Assembly: GCA_022711335.1 (NCBI GenBank)
Contig: JAKLFF010000003.1
Location: forward strand, 13,508-77,507
Source of the DNA: Patescibacteria group bacterium
GTDB taxonomy: Bacteria; Patescibacteriota; Minisyncoccia; Moranbacterales; UBA2206
Reading direction: 5' to 3'
Length of the DNA: 64,000 nucleotides
Position 1 is the stretch's first letter. Every line of letters begins with the position of its first letter. A program made the position numbers and the translations under genes. The notes beneath the pieces were generated by a model that did no database searches, was not told the origin of the DNA, and saw only the letters and a program-made list of their open reading frames with translations. Of the stretch, positions 9,644-17,934 are shown one piece after another.

Positions 9644-9655
9644 TGATATAGAATA

Positions 9656-9682
9656 GAAGGGCGGCAAAACCGCCCTTTTTGT
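9656..9682 (+). terminator. thrS intrinsic terminator (GGGCGG-caaaa-CCGCCC plus T5)
   Basis: Perfect 6-bp GC stem followed by a T-run. Confidence 0.7.
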
Positions 9683-9689
9683 TAATTTT

Positions 9690-9731
9690 ATGCAATACTA
9701 CATAAAAACTTTCGGGTGTCAAACTCCGTAA
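9690..9731 (+). other. 13-codon uORF MQYYIKTFGCQTP, a synonymously recoded duplicate of the miaB N-terminus
   Basis: 10 of 11 residues match MKYYIKTFGCQ with ~10 nt differences, nearly all at third codon positions. Confidence 0.4.
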
Positions 9732-9764
9732 AGTCGTTTCGCGACCATGGGACAAGTGAACTAT

Positions 9765-10964
9765 ATGAAGTATTATATCAAGACATTTGGATGTCAGATG
9801 AATTTTAGCGACAGCGAACGAATCGCTGGGTTTTTAGGATTGCACAAATTTAAGCCAGTCAAAGATATAAACCTGGCTAATTTAGTAATATTTAACACTT
9901 GCGGCGTGCGGCAGACAGCCGAAGATCGGGTTTATGGGCAAATACATAACATTAGGAAGCAAGAAGAAAGAAGTAAGAATAAAGCAAAAAGGGTAATAGT
10001 TTTAACTGGATGTTTGGCAAATCGAAAAGATGTGAAAAGAAGATTAAAAAATAAAGTTGATTTATTCTTTCCAATTAATGATTTTAATAAATTCGAACAT
10101 TTTATCATTAAAAATTGTTTAAAAATTAAAAATTTAAAATTAAAAATTCCGGCAAGGCAAAGTAAATGCAAAAATCTAAGTTATTTATCAATTAAACCCA
10201 AATATCTAAATCCTAAGGAAACCTACGTGCCGGTTATGACCGGCTGCAACAATTTCTGCTCCTATTGCGTCGTTCCCTATGCTCGAGGACGGGAAATCTC
10301 AAGACCGATGGAAGATATTGTGAAAGAAATCAATGCTTTGAATAAAAAAGGGTGCGGAGAAATAACTTTATTGGGACAGAATGTAAATAGTTATAAATAT
10401 AAAAATACGCCTCGCCTGTCATCCCCGCGAAAGCGGGGATCCAGTGAGAAAATTAAATCAAACGACTGGATTCCCGTTTACACGGGAATGACAAATATTA
10501 CTTTTCCCTATCTTCTTGACTTTTTTGCTCATTCTTATCCTCAAATAAATTTTAAGTTCTTAACTTCTCACCCGAAAGACTTTTCTGATGAATTAATCAA
10601 TACTATCGCCAAAAACAAAAACATTTCCCGAGAAATTCATCTCCCGGTTCAATCCGGCAGCGATAAGATTTTAAAAGCTATGAACCGGCCATACACGCAA
10701 AAAAAATATCTGGCGCTAATTGGAAAGATTAGGAAGAAAATTCCGAACGCGACTTTTACCACTGACGCAATTGTCGGTTTTCCAGGCGAAACAGAAAAAG
10801 ATTTTCAAGAGACCGCTAAAATTTTCAAGAAAATAAAATGCAGCGAAGCCTATATAAACAAATATTCTCCCCGTCCGGGAACAACCGCCTGGAAACTGGG
10901 AAATCCTATTTCTTGGGAAGAAAAAAAGAGAAGAGAAAAAGTTTTAAGAGCATTAGTTAAATAG
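9765..10964 (+). CDS. miaB: tRNA-i6A37 methylthiotransferase (radical SAM MTTase), with two in-frame Family D hairpin repeats
   Basis: N-terminal YIKTFGCQMN and radical SAM CNNFCSYC motifs. Lies directly upstream of miaA. Confidence 0.85.
   Translation: MKYYIKTFGCQMNFSDSERIAGFLGLHKFKPVKDINLANLVIFNTCGVRQTAEDRVYGQIHNIRKQEERSKNKAKRVIVLTGCLANRKDVKRRLKNKVDLFFPINDFNKFEHFIIKNCLKIKNLKLKIPARQSKCKNLSYLSIKPKYLNPKETYVPVMTGCNNFCSYCVVPYARGREISRPMEDIVKEINALNKKGCGEITLLGQNVNSYKYKNTPRLSSPRKRGSSEKIKSNDWIPVYTGMTNITFPYLLDFFAHSYPQINFKFLTSHPKDFSDELINTIAKNKNISREIHLPVQSGSDKILKAMNRPYTQKKYLALIGKIRKKIPNATFTTDAIVGFPGETEKDFQETAKIFKKIKCSEAYINKYSPRPGTTAWKLGNPISWEEKKRREKVLRALVK
10417..10445. repeat. Family D 29-nt hairpin repeat (TGTCATCCCCGCgaaaGCGGGGATCCAGT), in-frame in miaB
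   Basis: Exact reverse complement of the intergenic copy at 11026-11054. Confidence 0.75.
10465..10493. repeat. Family D hairpin repeat variant (ACTGGATTCCCGtttacaCGGGAATGACA), in-frame in miaB
   Basis: Same flanks (ACTGGAT..ATGACA) and same hairpin geometry. Confidence 0.65.
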
Positions 10965-11025
10965 CCTTATCACTCCCGCGCCTGTCTACCAGCGAGGCAG
11001 AAAAGCGAGAATCTCAAGTCAAATA

Positions 11026-11054
11026 ACTGGATCCCCGCTTTCGCGGGGATGACA
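11026..11054. repeat. Family D hairpin repeat (ACTGGATCCCCGCtttcGCGGGGATGACA) in the miaB-miaA spacer, 8 nt from the miaA ATG
   Basis: Perfect 8-bp stem. Confidence 0.75.
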
Positions 11055-11062
11055 ACAATAAT

Positions 11063-12085
11063 ATGCGAAGTAAAAATCCTAGAATTATCGTCATTCTCGG
11101 CCCTACTTCATCCGGAAAATCGGAAATAGCCATTCGGCTTGCCAAAAAATTCGACGGAGAAATCATTTCGGCTGATTCCCGGCAAATTTATCGCGGAATG
11201 GACGTAGGCACCGGCAAAGTGCCAAAATCAAAAATCAAAAATCAAAAATCAAAATTACAATTTAAAAATAAAAAGTTCAATCCATATTGGAGCAACGGCG
11301 TTGCTCATTATCTAATCGATATTGTAAGTCCCAAAACAAATTATAATGCGGCTAAATTTAAAAAAGATGCTTATGGAGCTCTTAAATTTATAATTAATCG
11401 TGGAAAAATTCCGATTATCTGCGGCGGAACCGGGTTCTGGATAAAATCCATCGTAGATAATGTAGCTTATCCGGAAGTAAAGCCGGATTGGAAATTACGC
11501 AATAAATTGCGAAATAATTCAGCGGAAAAATTATTTAAGATGCTTGAAAAATTAGATCCAAAGAGAGTTACGAATATCGATAAAAATAATAAAGTCCGCT
11601 TGATTCGCGCAATTGAAATATGCAAAAAACTCAAACATGTTCCCTCTCTCCCCCCGGGAGAGATGTCGCGAAGCGACAGAGAGGGAGAAAACCATAATTT
11701 TCTCCAAATAGGCATTAAACTTCCCAAAGAAAAACTTCATAAAAATATAAAAAAGCGCCTAAAAAAAAGATTCGAGGCGGGAATGATTAAGGAAATTAAG
11801 GATTTAAAAAAACAAGGATTGTCCTGGAAGAAAATCCAGAGCTTCGGCCTGGGATATTTCTGGATTCCGCTATATCTTCACCCTATTAAATACGCCGTGA
11901 AACGGCGTCCGCCAAAGGCGGAATTCAACATGGTAAAAAACAAGAAAGAATTATTTGATAAAATATACCAAGCAGAAAAAGATTATGCCAAACGACAGAT
12001 GACCTGGTTTGGAAAAGACAAGCGAATAAAATGGATCGAAAAATACAAGGATATTGAGAAAGAAGCTATGTCTTTTCTAAAATAA
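11063..12085 (+). CDS. miaA: tRNA dimethylallyltransferase, carrying in-frame repeat insertions
   Basis: P-loop GPTSSGKS and MiaA motifs. 340 aa. Confidence 0.9.
   Translation: MRSKNPRIIVILGPTSSGKSEIAIRLAKKFDGEIISADSRQIYRGMDVGTGKVPKSKIKNQKSKLQFKNKKFNPYWSNGVAHYLIDIVSPKTNYNAAKFKKDAYGALKFIINRGKIPIICGGTGFWIKSIVDNVAYPEVKPDWKLRNKLRNNSAEKLFKMLEKLDPKRVTNIDKNNKVRLIRAIEICKKLKHVPSLPPGEMSRSDREGENHNFLQIGIKLPKEKLHKNIKKRLKKRFEAGMIKEIKDLKKQGLSWKKIQSFGLGYFWIPLYLHPIKYAVKRRPPKAEFNMVKNKKELFDKIYQAEKDYAKRQMTWFGKDKRIKWIEKYKDIEKEAMSFLK
11637..11692. repeat. Family E structured repeat in-frame in miaA (CTCTCCCCccggGAGAG, TGTCGCgaaGCGACA, GAGAGGGAGAA)
   Basis: Same architecture and tail as the dnaE copy. Confidence 0.7.
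11878..11940. repeat. Family F structured repeat in-frame in miaA
   Basis: Near-identical to dnaE 3152-3212, with compensatory loop changes in the hairpins. Confidence 0.75.
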
Positions 12086-12088
12086 ACG

Positions 12089-12117
12089 AGGCAATACGAA
12101 TTACGTATTGCCTTTTG
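12089..12117 (+). terminator. miaA intrinsic terminator (GGCAATACG-aatta-CGTATTGCC plus T4)
   Basis: Perfect 9-bp stem. Confidence 0.7.
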
Positions 12118-12139
12118 AAATCAGAGAAAACATTGTTCC

Positions 12140-12397
12140 CTATAATACCGTTATACTCCCAACCATTTCATTCGCAATCCCTAGAATCTGGAAGAAACGA
12201 TATTGGACAAATCCTCCCTTCATAAAACATGCCACGCAACAAGGCAAGCCTTCTTTCTGCATTTCGCCGTGACAATTAACGAATTCAACTTCAACAAGTT
12301 TTGCATTGTCTTTTCCGCAAGAGCAATGCCCTACCCTGCCGTTCATACTTACAAAAAAATCATATTTCTTAACCATCTTGCCCCTCTCTTTCTCCAA
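12140..12397 (-). CDS. small Cys-rich protein, hypothetical
   Basis: 85-aa ORF, 8 Cys. Confidence 0.3.
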   Translation of the reverse strand: MEKERGKMVKKYDFFVSMNGRVGHCSCGKDNAKLVEVEFVNCHGEMQKEGLPCCVACFMKGGFVQYRFFQILGIANEMVGSITVL

Positions 12398-12403
12398 AAA
12401 GAA

Positions 12404-12431
12404 CTAAAAAAAAATTCCCCTTATCGGGGAA
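12404..12431 (-). terminator. intrinsic terminator of the surface-protein gene (TTCCCC-ttat-CGGGGAA plus U-run on minus)
   Basis: Hairpin with an A11 run on the plus strand. Confidence 0.55.
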
Positions 12432-12538
12432 TGCCACTGTTTAAAATCCAAAAAATGCCTGGCTCTTTTATAATATTTTTTTTAGAATAGTTTTTCATAC
12501 TTTCTATTATACAAAGAAGAATATTTCTTAAATCTTCG

Positions 12539-13480
12539 CTATTCGCAAACAAACCTGATGCATTCAGCTCCAGAACTAGTATGACTGGGATTATCATACA
12601 TTAAGATATTTGTTCCGCAAAAAGCATACTGATCAACTCCATAACCCGCACTTGTGCACACCCAATCCGAACCTAATATTTTACTACAAGCCTCGTTTCC
12701 CGTGGTTGTAGAGTCATTAAGCCGGGTAAATCTATGTTCAACCTTACATTTTTTCCAATTTCCTTTCCCACTGGCATCTGAAGTTAAAACCTTTCCTTCT
12801 CCCTGTGTTCCATTATTCATTCTAATACTTCCGACAATATCCATTCTTACTGAAGGACTTTGTGTCCCAATTCCGACATTTCCCATTTTTGTTACCCTCA
12901 TCGCTTCAGTATTGCCCGTAACAAAAGCTAAGTCGCCCGCTGTATGTCCGGATGACTGAAGATTTACCGTTCCTGCTTCTTCCGACGACGGAGGCCAGGA
13001 ACCTTCGAATTTTTTGTTTATTGAAATGAGTAAATGCTGGTCATTATCTGATATATCTGCCTTAACATACCCCAGACCAAGTATGCCTCCCCCTATTCCA
13101 ACAGCTCCGGAAAAAACAGCATTGCCATTCACGCCAAGTCTTTCTCCTGGAGTCTGGGTATCAATGCCTAAATTGCCCGAAATATGAACCGGGCCCCTGA
13201 CATCTAATTTTTTCCTAGGATCATCTGTACCAATTCCAACTCTCCCGCTATATACAACAAGACTTGGATTAGTACTGCCGACATCCAATCCGATTCCAAA
13301 CGCTCCGTTCTTAATTTGTCCCATGCCTGAAGTGTTTATAGGAGCTCCTATATTGTCGCCTGGAGGAGCAGATATCGGCTCTACCCATGCTCGCACAAAC
13401 TGAAGGGACGCTCCCAGTATTACTCCAATGGAAATTACACCTACCCACCAAGAAACTTGTTTTTGGATTTTTTCTATCAT
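12539..13480 (-). CDS. membrane-anchored protein with Gly-rich tail-fibre-like repeats (VGIGT..P...L.V.G)
   Basis: N-terminal TM helix, about six degenerate ~20-aa repeats, Cys-rich C-terminus. Confidence 0.5.
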   Translation of the reverse strand: MIEKIQKQVSWWVGVISIGVILGASLQFVRAWVEPISAPPGDNIGAPINTSGMGQIKNGAFGIGLDVGSTNPSLVVYSGRVGIGTDDPRKKLDVRGPVHISGNLGIDTQTPGERLGVNGNAVFSGAVGIGGGILGLGYVKADISDNDQHLLISINKKFEGSWPPSSEEAGTVNLQSSGHTAGDLAFVTGNTEAMRVTKMGNVGIGTQSPSVRMDIVGSIRMNNGTQGEGKVLTSDASGKGNWKKCKVEHRFTRLNDSTTTGNEACSKILGSDWVCTSAGYGVDQYAFCGTNILMYDNPSHTSSGAECIRFVCE

Positions 13481-13503
13481 TTTTTTGATTTAAAAAAATT
13501 AAA

Positions 13504-13899
13504 TTATTTATTTAACGCATCAACTGCGCTCTTCTTATCTATTTTAATATTCTCTTCTTCAGGATCCAATTTACTATTTGAACTGCTTGGCTGACTTAGA
13601 GATTTTTCTGCTTCTTCTCTAGTAATTTTAACATTTTCCTCTTCTGGATCAAGTTTAGTCTGATTATTTTCATTTGAAGCTGGAGGATTATTATTCAGAG
13701 TCCTTATTGCTTCCTCTCTGGTAATCTCAACATTCTGCTCCTCCTGCTCCGGCACAGTATTGTTATTTGCATTATTGTTTTGCGCGTTATTATTTTCATT
13801 TCTTGTTTTTCCCCAAATCAAATAAACAAACACCAAAAAAGTCACAACAAGAATCGCCAGTATAAAGAAAAGGATCGCCTTTTTTTTATTTTCTTCCAT
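13504..13899 (-). CDS. membrane-anchored Asn-rich protein with three EEEN[VI]KI.REEA repeats
   Basis: 131-aa ORF with a TM helix. Confidence 0.4.
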   Translation of the reverse strand: MEENKKKAILFFILAILVVTFLVFVYLIWGKTRNENNNAQNNNANNNTVPEQEEQNVEITREEAIRTLNNNPPASNENNQTKLDPEEENVKITREEAEKSLSQPSSSNSKLDPEEENIKIDKKSAVDALNK

Positions 13900-13924
13900 T
13901 TTTGTTTTTTATGTAAAATATTTT

Positions 13925-15166
13925 TTATTGCAGACCTGTTTCTATCCATTCAGTGCAGTCTCTTGATCCTGGGCAGCTATAGCTTCCGCAGTTATCAGGA
14001 AAAAATGAACCTTTACAAGTGGATTCCCTTAAAATTTTTACTGGATCTGTATCTAATTCGCAATAACTGGGATCATGCGTACAGCCGACATTAATCCTAG
14101 TCCAGATATCCTTACCATCATAACTAACATTAATCTGTTCTGTTCCGCTATTTGTTCCCTTGTAGTTTCCCTTGCCAGGCTGAGGGCTAACGGCATCGTT
14201 AGGATTATCAGTTTCGTTCCAAATCGCACTATTGGTAAAATCCCCACTGTTGTCATTGCAAAGTGAAGAAGTATTATAGCAAGCTTTAAGGCTGATAGGA
14301 TCATCCAATGCAATCGATTTAACGATTCCAGTAATATTTTCACCACTTGAACAGCTATTTACACAAATTTTCAAAGTTTTTGCTTTTTCTATTGTCACAT
14401 TGCTAAAATCAAACCAACCAAGACCATTGGCAATATTAGTGAAGACCGCCGGATCATCGTCATTTTCACCGTTCCATGCACAGCTGATCCCCCCAGAACA
14501 AGGTATTATTTTTTCAGGATTGGAAGAACTGTCTATTTGAATGCCGTAAGGCGCACCATTTTTTGCCGTTCCATTCATCTTTATCCAGCCTCTCCAACCG
14601 CCAGAATTTCCGCTAACTGATTCTTGGGCAACACCAACGATTCTAGCCCAGCCAATAAGATTATTTCCACTTCTAGAAACTCCTCCCGTTCCCCCGCTAG
14701 GCGGTGTGCAGGAGGCAGCGCAATATTTTTTCAAATCTGCTGGAACACAAACTCCTGATGTTGGATTTGAATCTCCAGCAGAATTATCTTCAATACAATT
14801 ATTCCCGAAATCAATCCAGCCCAAATTTTCACTCCAAGCATATCCGCTAAGCGCTCCAGATGGCGGAATATCGACCCCATAATCAGCCATTGCAGTTCCA
14901 ACAGCCGGACAATATGAATTTGCCGCCGCACCATTTGATTTTCCATCTCCATCCGTATCGCAATTGACGCTGTTCACTACAATTGCGCCTGCACCAGTAT
15001 CATTTCCGTCCTTCACTCCATTTGACAATCCCAGCTCTGAATCCTCGCTTCCGCCCCAAATAAACCCGCGGGAGCTTTGCCCTTCGCCGGCTCTTACCTT
15101 CAGTGCTGTTCCCAGCGCAAAGAAAATTAAAAATACTATTGCTGAAAGAATTATTTTTTTTCTCAT
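13925..15166 (-). CDS. secreted Cys-rich protein with GW[IF]DF repeats
   Basis: 413 aa, signal peptide, ~20 Cys. Confidence 0.5.
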   Translation of the reverse strand: MRKKIILSAIVFLIFFALGTALKVRAGEGQSSRGFIWGGSEDSELGLSNGVKDGNDTGAGAIVVNSVNCDTDGDGKSNGAAANSYCPAVGTAMADYGVDIPPSGALSGYAWSENLGWIDFGNNCIEDNSAGDSNPTSGVCVPADLKKYCAASCTPPSGGTGGVSRSGNNLIGWARIVGVAQESVSGNSGGWRGWIKMNGTAKNGAPYGIQIDSSSNPEKIIPCSGGISCAWNGENDDDPAVFTNIANGLGWFDFSNVTIEKAKTLKICVNSCSSGENITGIVKSIALDDPISLKACYNTSSLCNDNSGDFTNSAIWNETDNPNDAVSPQPGKGNYKGTNSGTEQINVSYDGKDIWTRINVGCTHDPSYCELDTDPVKILRESTCKGSFFPDNCGSYSCPGSRDCTEWIETGLQ

Positions 15167-15253
15167 TGAACAATTTTGTTTTTATTTATACAGACTTTGT
15201 TCTTTAATATTATACCACAAAAACGCAGGGGAAGTTATGCACAATTGATAAAA

Positions 15254-16720
15254 TTATTTTAGCTTGTTCTTTAGCATTTCCTGCGCTTTTTTAGGATTAG
15301 CTTTGCCTTTCGTTTTGGCCATAACCTGTCCAACCAAAAACTTCAGCGCGTTTTTTTTGCCGGCTTTATAATCAGCAACTGATTTTTCATTATTCGCGAT
15401 TACCTCTCCAACTATTTTTTCCAACTCGCCTTCATCGTCCATTTGAGCCAGATTTTTAGATTCGATTATCTGGGACGGATCTCCTCCGGTTTTGTACATT
15501 TCAGCAAGGACGGTCTGCGCCGCACTGGAATTTATTTTTCCACTGCCAACAAGACATATGAGTTCCGCATAATTTTCCGGCGTGATTTTCAAATCAGCCG
15601 CTGAATGGCTATGCTCGATCAAGTGTTTTCTGATTTCCACTATCATATAATTAGCCGCTAGTTTCATGGCCTTGTTTTCATCTAATTCAAACTCGCCACA
15701 ACTTATTTTTTCCTTAAGTTCGCCAATCACTTCTTCGAAATAAGCCGCCAAGTGCTTGTCAGAAACTAGAATCGCTACGTCATCTACTGGCAAATTATAT
15801 TCCTTTTGAAATCTTTCTGCTTTTCGATCCGGAAGTTCCGGCAATTTGCGTTTTAGCTCTTCGACATATTCTTTTGTAAACTTGAACGGCGGAATGTCCG
15901 GCTCCGGGAAATAGCGATAGTCATGAGCCGATTCCTTCACTCTTTGCGAAACAGTAGTTCCATGATTTGAATCATATCCTCTCGTTTCCTGAACCACTTT
16001 CTTTCCGGCTTCCAAAAGCTCTGTCTGCCGTTCAATTTCATAAGCAATCGCTTTTTCTACAAATTTGAAAGAATTGATGTTTTTCACTTCCACTTTCGTC
16101 CCGGATAATTTATCTTCGCCCTTTTTATAGAGTGACAGATTAACCTCACATCTCATCATTCCTTTTTCCATATCCGCATCGGAGATTTCCAGATACCGGC
16201 AAATTTGCTGAAGCTTCTGGCAAAACAATCTGGCTTCTTCAGCTGATTCAATATCCGGTTCAGTCACCAGCTCCATAAGCGGCACTCCAGCCCGATTGAA
16301 ATCCACGAGCGTATAATCCACGCCTTTGGGATGAATGAGTTTCCCGGTGTCCTCCTCCAGATGGATTCTTGTGATTCCCACCTCTTTTCCGTTTATTTTC
16401 AGTTTCCCGTTTTTGCAAAAAGGCTGATCATATTGGGAAATTTGATAGCCTTTGGGAAGATCGGGATAAAAATAATTTTTCCGGTCAAATTTGCTCTCGA
16501 GCGCAATTTCACAGTTCATGGCCAGTCCAGCCAGCTGGACAAATTCAATCGCTTGCCTGTTGGGCACTGGCAAAGTTCCAGGCTGGCCCGTACAAACCGG
16601 GCAAATATTGACGTTCGGCTCCCGTTCCAGCCCCAGCCCATTTTTCGAATCACAAAACATCTTAGAGGCTGTTTTTAGCTCTACATGCACCTCCATGCCA
16701 ATGACTGGGATATACTTCAT
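15254..16720 (-). CDS. gatB: Asp/Glu-tRNA amidotransferase subunit B
   Basis: 488 aa with GatB motifs throughout. Confidence 0.95.
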   Translation of the reverse strand: MKYIPVIGMEVHVELKTASKMFCDSKNGLGLEREPNVNICPVCTGQPGTLPVPNRQAIEFVQLAGLAMNCEIALESKFDRKNYFYPDLPKGYQISQYDQPFCKNGKLKINGKEVGITRIHLEEDTGKLIHPKGVDYTLVDFNRAGVPLMELVTEPDIESAEEARLFCQKLQQICRYLEISDADMEKGMMRCEVNLSLYKKGEDKLSGTKVEVKNINSFKFVEKAIAYEIERQTELLEAGKKVVQETRGYDSNHGTTVSQRVKESAHDYRYFPEPDIPPFKFTKEYVEELKRKLPELPDRKAERFQKEYNLPVDDVAILVSDKHLAAYFEEVIGELKEKISCGEFELDENKAMKLAANYMIVEIRKHLIEHSHSAADLKITPENYAELICLVGSGKINSSAAQTVLAEMYKTGGDPSQIIESKNLAQMDDEGELEKIVGEVIANNEKSVADYKAGKKNALKFLVGQVMAKTKGKANPKKAQEMLKNKLK

Positions 16721-16724
16721 AAAA

Positions 16725-16830
16725 ATAAAAAATCAAAAATTAAAATGAGAAATGACAATGTAAAATACAAAATTATTAATTATTTTAAATTTTTATCTGT
16801 CATTTTTATTTTTGATATTTACATTTTTCA
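16725..16830. repeat. Family G AT-rich palindromic element, abutting the gatB ATG
   Basis: Near-identical to 1318-1424. Confidence 0.6.
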
Positions 16831-17160
16831 TTATCTCCTGTCTCCGCTTCCGCCCAATTTTCCTCTTTCCATCCGGCTATACAGCTTTTCTATATTATGC
16901 TCCGCGATATCATCAAGCGTCAAACTCAACTCTGAAGCAATCTGGGAAACATACCAAAGAACATCTCCCAGTTCTTTTTTTATCATCTCTCTGGTCTCTT
17001 CGTCAATTATTCCGTTTTTATCGCGGATAACCTTTTTTATCTTCTCTGCCACCTCGCCCGACTCCCCGGCTAGCCCCAAAGTCGGATAGATATAATTATT
17101 CCCGGCATTCGGATATTTGGCCGTTATTCTTGATTTTTTCTGATACTCCTTAAAGTTCAT
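16831..17160 (-). CDS. MazG-like nucleotide pyrophosphohydrolase
   Basis: 109 aa, EExGE motif. Confidence 0.65.
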   Translation of the reverse strand: MNFKEYQKKSRITAKYPNAGNNYIYPTLGLAGESGEVAEKIKKVIRDKNGIIDEETREMIKKELGDVLWYVSQIASELSLTLDDIAEHNIEKLYSRMERGKLGGSGDRR

Positions 17161-17845
17161 TTTTTACTTTTTTCCAAATTAAATTATTAATCTCATTAAT
17201 GCTCATTAGTTTTCCCTTGTCCACACAATCAATCCTGTGCCAATTATTATATTTTTTTACCAGCATGACAGCGCTACTTTGGGAATCATTCAGATGTTTA
17301 GAGTTGCTTTCAGCCAAGTCTCCTTTTCCTTCCATATATTTTTTTCTTTTCGAAGCCGTCTTTTTTTTGAGCAACTTAAGAGTTATTTCCACTGGAACAT
17401 GCAAATAAACGATAAGATCAGGTCTGGGAATATTGAATGTTTTAAATTCCATTTTTTCCAACCATTTCAGAAATTCAGTTCTTTTTTTACTGTTACGAAT
17501 TTTCGCTCCCTGGTGGATTTGGTTGGAACTGGCGTATCGATCAGCAATCACGATATTTCCTTCTCCCAGCCATTTTTTAATTATTTTGCTTGACTCCCAC
17601 CTGTCCGCCGCGTAAAGCACAGAGGCGATATGCGGATCAACCGAAATAAAATCTCCATATTTTTCCGCCAGACATTCTCCGATCAACTTTCCGAAAAAAT
17701 TATCATAATAGCGTGGAAAGTCAATTGTTTTTACTCCGTACCCATCTTTTTTTAGTTTCTTAACTAATAGTTTGGTTTGGGTCGCCTTTCCGCTCCCGTC
17801 CGTACCATCTATGACAATAAATTTTCCTTTTTTTCCTGATTTCAT
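17150..17845 (-). CDS. tmk: thymidylate kinase-like
   Basis: P-loop IDGTDGSGKAT. Confidence 0.75.
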   Translation of the reverse strand: MKSGKKGKFIVIDGTDGSGKATQTKLLVKKLKKDGYGVKTIDFPRYYDNFFGKLIGECLAEKYGDFISVDPHIASVLYAADRWESSKIIKKWLGEGNIVIADRYASSNQIHQGAKIRNSKKRTEFLKWLEKMEFKTFNIPRPDLIVYLHVPVEITLKLLKKKTASKRKKYMEGKGDLAESNSKHLNDSQSSAVMLVKKYNNWHRIDCVDKGKLMSINEINNLIWKKVKNEL

Positions 17846-17934
17846 AGCTATTTTATATTATCACAGCGAAAATAAATTTAAAAGGCGCGTGAAATCTTCT
17901 TTAAAAAATCACGCGCCAGATCTTCGATGTTATT

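Noticed and set aside
10575-10590. CTGATGA hammerhead-like motif inside miaB
   Set aside because: No complementary stems or GAAA core nearby.
10417-11054. Possible CRISPR array (short GC hairpin repeats recurring)
   Set aside because: Copies are in inverted orientation, irregularly spaced (19 nt and 580 nt) and lie inside a coding sequence. There are no uniform direct repeats with spacers and no cas genes.
12539-15166. Diversity-generating retroelement targeting the repeat-rich surface proteins
   Set aside because: No reverse transcriptase ORF (no YxDD-containing protein) anywhere in the window. No obvious TR/VR pair could be identified by eye.
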